Source of the DNA: Chthoniobacteraceae bacterium
Lineage (GTDB): Bacteria > Verrucomicrobiota > Verrucomicrobiia > Chthoniobacterales > Chthoniobacteraceae
Direction: 5' to 3'
DNA: 64,000 nt
Assembly: GCA_037190965.1 (NCBI GenBank)
Contig: JBBCKI010000064.1
Location: 1-64,000 of the forward strand
Part shown: positions 57,264-64,000 of the stretch, piece after piece
Layout of the letters: each line of letters starts with the position of its first letter
Position numbering within the stretch: position 1 is the first letter of the stretch
Program-made: the position numbers and the translations under genes
The notes under the pieces: generated by a model
Told to the model about the DNA's origin: nothing
The model's input: only the letters and a program-made list of their open reading frames with translations
Databases searched by the model: none

Positions 57264-59490
57264 AGTGCCACGCGCCGCGTGGCTGGTCGCCCTTGCGCAC
57301 CGGATTGTGGCCGTAGTCGACGCGGATGGGGCCGATGGGGAGTTGATAGCGCAGGCCCGCGCCGACGGCGTACCCGGTTTCTCCGATGCCGTCGCTTACG
57401 GTCCGACCGACGCTCCCGGCGTCGAAGAAGACCGCGCCCTTGAGGTTGGCGTAAATCGGGAAGGTGTTTTCGATATTGAAGGTGGTGAAGGTCTGCCCGC
57501 CGATGGAGTGGCCAAACTTGTCCTTCGGCCCGAGGCTTCGCTCCACGTAGCTCCGCACGCTGCGGCTGCCGCCGTTGAAAAAGCGTTCGTCGATGGGAAG
57601 GCTGTGGTCGCCGTGCAACGGGAGAATGACGCCGCCCCGGAGGCCGACGGCGAGAAGCGTTTTGCCGATGGGAAGGTAATAGGAAACCCGGGCGGTGCTG
57701 CGGACGAAATCGACGGTGCTCCCCAAAGCGGCGAGCGCGAAGTCGCTGGTGGCGTTCATGACGAGCCCCTTGGTGGGGTTGAGGACGCTGTCCCGGAAGT
57801 CGAGCGTGGCCGAGGTGCCGAGGCTGTTGACGAGGTAGCGGGTGGGGCCAAGCTCGAGAGGATCAATCCCCCCGGTGTTGTCGATCTGCACCCCGCGCGT
57901 GAGAACGAACGCGGAGAGTTCCAGGTTCTTGCCGATCTTGCGGGATAACTCGGTATGAATTCCCGATTCGAGCTTGGAATAATCGTTAAGCTGCTGGCTC
58001 AGGAGGTACCCCCGGAACCGGAGGGTATAGTTGGTATCCAGCACCCACGGGTCGGTGTAGAGGAACTCGCCTCGAAGGAGGTTTTGCGCGATCTCCGCGT
58101 TGATGTTGAGCGGGCGGCCCATGCCAAAAAGATTCCGGTCAACGTATCGGGCACCGAGGATGATCCCCTCGAGAGAACCGTAACCGAGGGAGAAACCGAG
58201 TTCCCGCGCCTTGGCTTCTTCGACCTCGAAGTCCAGCCGCACTTCGTGATTGGGGAGGGGAGTTTGGGTCAGCTTGAGGTTTGAGAAAAGCCCCGTGCTC
58301 ATCAGCATCCGGTAGCGTTCCTCCACCTTTGCAGGATCGTACGGCTGGCCTTGCAGGCTCTTGAATCGTCTCTCCAGAAAGCCGGGCCGTAGTCGTTGCC
58401 TCGATTCGTCTTTGTATTTCTGGGTGACACCGTCGAACCGATAGAGATCGCCCGCATCGACGATGAACTTCACGGGCACGACTCCGTTGACGGCCCGCGA
58501 TGGGTCGCTCTCCGAGCGGGCTTTCGCCATGAAGTAACCGCGCGATCGGTAGAAATAGACGATCTTTCTCTCCAGGTTGGTGACCGCCAGCGGCGTGTAC
58601 GGCTTGGAGGTGAAGACCTCCAGTTCCTTGAGCAGAGTGCTGTGGGGGAAGAAGAGGATATCCCCCTCGAGCTCGATTTTGCCGAAGCGGTACTGCGTGC
58701 CTTCCTCAACGGTAATGACAAGATTGGCGCGGGTTTTGTCGGGGGAGAGGGTGATGGCCGGTTCCTCAACCACCACATCGAGATACCCTTCCGAGCGGTA
58801 ATATCCGCGTATCCGGTCCGTGCCGCTCCGGATGTTGCTCTCCACGAACGGAATCACCGGCGGTTTTTCACCGGAAAAGCCGGTCAGAACTTTGAATAGC
58901 GTCCCGGAGGGAATGGCCCGGTTTCCTTGAAAGACGACTTTCCCCAAGGTCGTCAGCGGGCCTTCGTAAATGGTGAGAATGAGGAGATTCCCCCGGCCGA
59001 TGGACCACTTTACCGAGGCCTGTGAATAGCCATTCTTTCGATAAAACACGCCGAGGAAAAACGCCGTGTCGTCGGCGAGCGCCGGGGAGAGCCCGGATTC
59101 TCCAATCTCGGAGAGTTGGTCGGCAATAGCGGCGCGGATCTGGTCTTCGCTGAAATGAGTGTTGCCCTGGAGTTGCAACCTGACCGGAGTGGTGGGCCGC
59201 CGCGCTGGCCGCTGGGGTAGTGGGGGCAGGGGTTCCAAGGCTTCCAGAGGCTCCTGTGGCGGCGCGGGAGGAAGTGCGGGAGGCGGAATTGGGTGCGGGG
59301 TGGGAAGCGGAGAAGGTGTGGGCGCGGGCTTGGGCGGTTTTGGGGGTTTCGCAGGAGCGACACCTCTCTGTTCCGGGCCGGCAGGGAGCGGCGGTTCCGG
59401 GAAGAAGCGTTGGGCGTGGAGCGGAAGGTTCAGCGCAAAGGTGAGGATAAGAAGAAGAGAAAAGAGTGGGCCTGCGGCCAAGGGCGGCAT
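57241..59490 (-). CDS. tamA: Omp85-family outer membrane protein (TamA/BamA-like); start uncertain (59601, 59490 or TTG 59481)
   Basis: POTRA units (GN..FS, YYRSEGY), RFF.GGS.SVRSY, GLRY.LPIGPIR.DYG, C-terminal F; follows tamB. Confidence 0.88.
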   Translation of the reverse strand: MPPLAAGPLFSLLLILTFALNLPLHAQRFFPEPPLPAGPEQRGVAPAKPPKPPKPAPTPSPLPTPHPIPPPALPPAPPQEPLEALEPLPPLPQRPARRPTTPVRLQLQGNTHFSEDQIRAAIADQLSEIGESGLSPALADDTAFFLGVFYRKNGYSQASVKWSIGRGNLLILTIYEGPLTTLGKVVFQGNRAIPSGTLFKVLTGFSGEKPPVIPFVESNIRSGTDRIRGYYRSEGYLDVVVEEPAITLSPDKTRANLVITVEEGTQYRFGKIELEGDILFFPHSTLLKELEVFTSKPYTPLAVTNLERKIVYFYRSRGYFMAKARSESDPSRAVNGVVPVKFIVDAGDLYRFDGVTQKYKDESRQRLRPGFLERRFKSLQGQPYDPAKVEERYRMLMSTGLFSNLKLTQTPLPNHEVRLDFEVEEAKARELGFSLGYGSLEGIILGARYVDRNLFGMGRPLNINAEIAQNLLRGEFLYTDPWVLDTNYTLRFRGYLLSQQLNDYSKLESGIHTELSRKIGKNLELSAFVLTRGVQIDNTGGIDPLELGPTRYLVNSLGTSATLDFRDSVLNPTKGLVMNATSDFALAALGSTVDFVRSTARVSYYLPIGKTLLAVGLRGGVILPLHGDHSLPIDERFFNGGSRSVRSYVERSLGPKDKFGHSIGGQTFTTFNIENTFPIYANLKGAVFFDAGSVGRTVSDGIGETGYAVGAGLRYQLPIGPIRVDYGHNPVRKGDQPRGAWHFSFGFAF

Positions 59491-59558
59491 CGCGGAGTTC
59501 CGCCCTCCGTCGGGGACGCTACCGCGCCAGTTTCGGAGGGCGGAGCTCTGCGACGCCG
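59485..59558. repeat. REPIN-like element, family A, at the tamB-tamA junction
   Basis: cggcatcgcggagttccgccctcc...ggagggcggagctctgcgacgccg. Confidence 0.85.
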
Positions 59559-59602
59559 CAACGCGTTGCTTAGGAGGCATGATGATAATCGTGTCAATCA
59601 TG

Positions 59603-62600
59603 TTAGCGAAAGCGGAGGAGGTAGCGTAGCTGCACCTTGACGTCGCCCTCAAGATCCAGCCCCGCGCCGACTTCAAATTGCCGGGAAAGCTCAAAGCGCC
59701 CGCCCACCTGCTGCCGCCCCGTGCGCGGGTCGACGGTGCCGACGTCGAGGTGAAACCGATCGAGGAGCGGCTTGTCCTTGTCGGGGGAAGCACTAGGCGG
59801 TGGGGTCTTCTTTTTGAAGGCTTTGTGATAGAGATCCTGGAGGAGCAGAATTCCGGCGCGCCCGGCCAGGACTTGATTGTTTTCCGTAAACTCCCGAGTT
59901 GTCGCGCCCGTGGCCAGCAGGGCGATCACCTCTTCCTGTGCCAGCGGCGGCTCGCTGCTGAAGACGGTCTCCGGAGCGGCGGCGGTGCCGTAGATGTGGA
60001 CGTTGATGGTGTAGTCCCGAAGCCGCGAGGAGCCATGAATATCGAGCGTCGGGTTGAACGAATCCGACGCGTTGAACCGGACAAAACCGTGGTCGATCTG
60101 AAGCCTGCTGAACGGCAGCGAGGCGACGAAGTTTTCAATCCGCGCGGTTCCGTCCAGCGTGGGTGCGAGCCCCGTGCCGCCAAGCTTCAGGTCGGCGGTC
60201 GCCTGCCCCTGGGCGAGGTTGCTGCGGACGATGAACGGCTCCGTGGTCCGGATGGCGATGTCGAAGGTCCAGCCACGGACGGGGGCGACATCGATGGAAA
60301 CCTGCTTGGGCGAGGAGACCCGCTCCGGCGTTGGACGGCCCGGAAGGCCGATGGGAAGAATATCGACATCCCGGAAGAAGCGGCTCTTGTTGATGCCGAT
60401 TTTTCCGGAGACCTTGGCAGAATTCAGCGGCCCGGCGATTTTGAGGTCCGAGTCGGTTCGCACGATCAGGCTGTCATTGCGGACGAGAAGGGTGCCTTGC
60501 GATTTGATGCGGAGATCAAGCTGCGGTTCGTTCCATTTTTCGAGCAGCACTCGGCCCGAGGCATTGAAAGGGCCGCCCGCCGCATCGCCTTGGAAGCGGC
60601 GGATGGCGAGTTGGTTGCCGGAGAAGCGGAGATCCCCCTGCAAATTGTTGATCCCGGGAAGATCGGCGTTTTGGAATCGGATCGCGGGGAAGGCGAGTTG
60701 CAGCCCGCCATCGAAGACCGGATTCGCCAGCGTTCCGCGAGCGGAGGCGTCGAGGCTTAGCCGCCCCTCCACGTAACGGAGGCTGGGGGTGAGTTTCGCG
60801 AACACGGCGGCGGAGGAGGGAGGAAGCTTGACGGACGCCTTTAACGGCGTGGAAGGGGCGACGCCTTTTTCCCGGATCACGCTGCGAAGGTCGAAGGGAA
60901 GCTCGCCGCCGAATTGCAACGGGCTGACGGCGGGGATCCGGGCTTCCCCTTTCAGGACGAGGCGCGCTTCTTTGAGGATCAGCGAGGCGTCGAGAGCGGC
61001 CGGTTGCAGCTTCTCGACGCGGCGGCTCTGGAGATCGCGCCCTTTGACCGTCAGGGTCAACTCGGGGGCGGCGACGGTCCCGGCGGCGTTCAGCGACACA
61101 TCAACCAGGCCGCGCAGGCCCAGCCCCGGTTCAGGGGCAGGCGCGGTATTTTTGGCTTTGTTAGCCGGTTTGGCCGATTTGGCCGGGTTACTCGGTTCTG
61201 GGTTCGTATCGGGAAAGATCTTTGCGAGGTCGATCTGCTGGAGAACAAGCTCGCCTTCCAACTCGCCGGTTTCCGGGAGGATCGTCTCCGGTTTGTCCGC
61301 CGTGCGGAGATCGAGGGGAAGCGCGAACTGCCCGGTAATCGACCCTTTTTTGCCAAGTTCCAGTCGCAGTTCCCGAACTTGCAGCCGCTGCTCGGCGAGT
61401 TGAATCTGCGCCCGTGCCGATCCCTGCTCCGAGCGGAGATGGAACGTCTTGAAATCGATGCTCTCCGGAGAGTAGACCCCGGCGATCTCCGCTTCCACTC
61501 CGGTCATGTCGCCGAAGCGGCCTTTTTGTACGGCAACGCGCCCGTCGCCCGTATGGAGCAGGGTCTTTAAACGTCCTGTTCCGTGCCAGTCGATCTGCAG
61601 TGAGCCGCCGACCGGCGTTTTTACCAGCGGCTGGAAAGCGGCGAGATCGTTCACGCTTCCGGCAAGCCGTGCATCATAGGCAAACGGCGGACGAAGCTCC
61701 AGGGAGCCTTCTCCCGCCAGTTTATCGACACCGTTGAGATCGAGTTCAAAGCGGTTGACCCGCGCGGTGTTCCCCTCCACGGGAATTTCCGCCGAGAGGC
61801 GTTTTGCGGAAAACTCACGAAAGACGAGGTCGCGCGCTTCGATCTTCCCCTGGCCCCGGGTTTCGCCCCGGCTGCGATGGAACTCTCCGGCGGCGGAGAG
61901 GGTGCCGCCGAGGGCATTGGCCGATGCGGCATTGAGCAAGGCGAGGGAAGGAGCCTGAATGTCAAAACGCGCATCGAAGTCGACGCGATCCCAATCTGTT
62001 TCGGAGCGAGTCGCAGGCAACCGGTAACGCCCTTCGAATCGAGCTTTGTTCTCGCCGCGCCGGAATTCAGCGGAATCGACGATCAACTCTCCCTTCTCAA
62101 GCCGAAGGGTGGCCGAGGCGGCATCGAGAGCGATCTCTCCCGTCGTCAGGGCGGCGGACGGTGCTCCCTCTTTGGTCGATGCAGGGGCGAGCGATGCCGA
62201 GGCGGTGACGGAAAGGCCATCGAACCACGGCGTCCCCGTCGGGCGTTTGAGCCTGGCCAGATTCGCGCTCAGGCGGGCCTCCCCCTGGCCGAGGGTGATT
62301 TTTAACGGATCTTCGCGATCGGCGGGTATCGCGGGGAGCGCGAACCACAGCCCCGGAGTGGAGGAGTCGAGGGTGGCGGTGAATTCACCTTCCGAGAGAT
62401 GCAATTTGCCACGAGCGGTGGCGCTCCCCGAGGCAAAGCCGGGGCTGATTTTGTCCAGATCGGGGGCATCGAGACTGAAGGCGACTTCGACGCCTTCCCG
62501 TCGGAGCGTATCCATCGAATCCGGCAGATTCCGCTCGAACTCGAAGGCCAGGCGGTTGTCCGCTGTGGCCAGGAACGTTTCGCTCAGGCGGGCGGTCCCT

Positions 62601-63655
62601 CCCTCCAACGCAAGCTGCACCTGCCCTTTGTCGAACCGGATTTTCTCGAAGCTCCCGCTGTCTGCCTGCAACCGGGCGATGCCTTTCCATGAAGAGGGGA
62701 GGTCGGGCGTGCCCACGAGGTCGATGTCCACATCGGTCACGGTTCCCGACATTCCCGGCTTCCCGGGCAAAAAGTCACGCAGCGCGTCGAGGGAAAGCCC
62801 CTTCAGCGAGGCGGTCAGCTTCGCGTTGTTGCCGCGGCCCCGGCGTTGTTGCTGGATGAAAATCTCGGTCTCTCCGCCAAAAAGGTTTCCATTGGCCAGG
62901 AGGGTGTTGGACCCCTCGGCACGGCGGGAGCCGTCGAGTTCCACCCGGGTCACCCGGATCTCCTCGCCCAATTGAAAGCTGCCGACGATCAGTCGGCGTC
63001 CCGTATAGGTGGCTTCGGCGTGGAGATTGCGCCAGGAGGCGATAAGCGGGATCGAGACTTCTCCCACGTTGATGGAGCCGGGGGTATCCGGGGCGAGCTG
63101 GACATTCAGGCCCTTCAGAACCAACGGCCCCTGTGGAAGATGGGCTGTGATGTTGAAATTCTCAATATCGACGCGATTGCTAAACAGAGCGGGCTGTTGG
63201 AGGATGTCGCGAAGAAGGTTGGTCAGTTTCTGACGGCGTTTTAGCCCTTTGGGAGGGGGCGGTTCAATCTCCAGCGTGGCATTGCGCAATTCGTAGCTGG
63301 AGAGAAACTCGGTCACGCCCCGGGTGAGCAGACGCGGAAGGCTGTAATCGAAGCGAGCGTATTCAATCTCAATGGAGCGAATGGGCGATTTTTCGCCATC
63401 GTCTTCCTCTGCCTTGCCGTGAACGTTCTTCAGCGTGAGGCCGGTCAGGACGGAGCCTTCGATCTCGAGGGAGAGTTCGACGTTCTCATGCCGCGCCACC
63501 TGAACGGCGACGGTGTGCAGCGTCCAGACCAGAAGGGGGCGGTGAAAGAGCAAGGCCAGCGCGCCAGCCGTCAGCAGCCCCCGGACGAGGAGTTTTTTCC
63601 ATCGCTTTGGAGTCCGGCCGGATGGGGGAGGGCTGACATTCTCCGATTCGGGCAT
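59603..63655 (-). CDS. tamB: TamB/AsmA-like translocation and assembly protein
   Basis: N-terminal anchor; long beta-rich body; C-terminal DUF490-like FSSEPPL.QEEVIALLATG. Confidence 0.88.
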   Translation of the reverse strand: MPESENVSPPPSGRTPKRWKKLLVRGLLTAGALALLFHRPLLVWTLHTVAVQVARHENVELSLEIEGSVLTGLTLKNVHGKAEEDDGEKSPIRSIEIEYARFDYSLPRLLTRGVTEFLSSYELRNATLEIEPPPPKGLKRRQKLTNLLRDILQQPALFSNRVDIENFNITAHLPQGPLVLKGLNVQLAPDTPGSINVGEVSIPLIASWRNLHAEATYTGRRLIVGSFQLGEEIRVTRVELDGSRRAEGSNTLLANGNLFGGETEIFIQQQRRGRGNNAKLTASLKGLSLDALRDFLPGKPGMSGTVTDVDIDLVGTPDLPSSWKGIARLQADSGSFEKIRFDKGQVQLALEGGTARLSETFLATADNRLAFEFERNLPDSMDTLRREGVEVAFSLDAPDLDKISPGFASGSATARGKLHLSEGEFTATLDSSTPGLWFALPAIPADREDPLKITLGQGEARLSANLARLKRPTGTPWFDGLSVTASASLAPASTKEGAPSAALTTGEIALDAASATLRLEKGELIVDSAEFRRGENKARFEGRYRLPATRSETDWDRVDFDARFDIQAPSLALLNAASANALGGTLSAAGEFHRSRGETRGQGKIEARDLVFREFSAKRLSAEIPVEGNTARVNRFELDLNGVDKLAGEGSLELRPPFAYDARLAGSVNDLAAFQPLVKTPVGGSLQIDWHGTGRLKTLLHTGDGRVAVQKGRFGDMTGVEAEIAGVYSPESIDFKTFHLRSEQGSARAQIQLAEQRLQVRELRLELGKKGSITGQFALPLDLRTADKPETILPETGELEGELVLQQIDLAKIFPDTNPEPSNPAKSAKPANKAKNTAPAPEPGLGLRGLVDVSLNAAGTVAAPELTLTVKGRDLQSRRVEKLQPAALDASLILKEARLVLKGEARIPAVSPLQFGGELPFDLRSVIREKGVAPSTPLKASVKLPPSSAAVFAKLTPSLRYVEGRLSLDASARGTLANPVFDGGLQLAFPAIRFQNADLPGINNLQGDLRFSGNQLAIRRFQGDAAGGPFNASGRVLLEKWNEPQLDLRIKSQGTLLVRNDSLIVRTDSDLKIAGPLNSAKVSGKIGINKSRFFRDVDILPIGLPGRPTPERVSSPKQVSIDVAPVRGWTFDIAIRTTEPFIVRSNLAQGQATADLKLGGTGLAPTLDGTARIENFVASLPFSRLQIDHGFVRFNASDSFNPTLDIHGSSRLRDYTINVHIYGTAAAPETVFSSEPPLAQEEVIALLATGATTREFTENNQVLAGRAGILLLQDLYHKAFKKKTPPPSASPDKDKPLLDRFHLDVGTVDPRTGRQQVGGRFELSRQFEVGAGLDLEGDVKVQLRYLLRFR

Positions 63656-63907
63656 TGCGGTTATTTTATCCAATTAGAAGCACGGTGTCGGCAAGCACAA
63701 GCCGTCTTAACGAGATAGAGGAGTTCATGCCCATGCAGTCGGAGAAAACCTGTCGCTGGTTCTGAAGCAGTTTAAGTATTTCTGTCGCCACATCCCTACT
63801 TAAAACGCTCCGGATAGAAATCAACGGTCTTGTCGCGGTAAATCGCTCGCCATGGGGGGCGGCGACTTTTTAGACTCCGCCCCGATGAATGACGGAACTC
63901 GAATCGA

Positions 63908-64000
63908 ATGAAGAAGGAAGACAATCCGAACAGGGATGAAGACAGCCCTTCCTGGTGGGTGAAGATCTGGCGGTTGCTCGTGCTCGCCATCAAAAAATAT
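63908..64000 (+). CDS. 5' end of a probable membrane protein running off the window (possibly YihY-like)
   Basis: MKKEDNPNRDEDSPSWWVKIWRLLVLAIKKY..., open to the window edge. Confidence 0.45.
   Translation, partial: MKKEDNPNRDEDSPSWWVKIWRLLVLAIKKY

Noticed and set aside
63796..63993. 65-aa minus-strand ORF
   Set aside because: No recognisable features; it overlaps a more plausible plus-strand gene start at 63908.
1..64000. CRISPR array, tRNA/rRNA, integrase or transposase
   Set aside because: No regularly spaced direct repeats with unique spacers, no cloverleaf or rRNA signatures, and no recombinase motifs seen.

Overview
GC-rich bacterial chromosomal window, probably Verrucomicrobiota. 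This is inferred from the PEP-CTERM protein, a PTPDL-like protein and other PVC-type hypotheticals. It is mostly housekeeping genes: prfB (programmed +1 frameshift), bamD, lptE, rsmI, nadA, fur-sufCBD, rlmN, degP, larC, hisBHA, malQ, iscA-like, mutL, csrA, acpP, accA, thiHS, rnk and tamAB. Accessory blocks include a lower-GC PEP-CTERM repeat protein, two divergent AraC + iron-oxygenase pairs, a CgeB-type glycosyltransferase cluster, a LigD polymerase module and an acyltransferase/GT2 pair. I saw no rRNA, tRNA, CRISPR array or transposase. The most unusual signals are non-coding: two 165-nt rod-like elements with conserved loops and covarying stems, a third ~173-nt element of the same architecture (all three between divergent genes), and two REPIN families, one copy of which sits in frame at the 5' end of tamA. 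Other points of note are a 20-bp duplication that frameshifts the end of hisH, an Irr/PerR-like box before fur-sufCBD, and several apparently degenerate enzymes (a GAFTGA-less activator next to csrA, a Cys-less L,D-transpeptidase-like protein and a Zn-ligand-less dehydrogenase). All calls are from motif recognition by eye; no searches were run.
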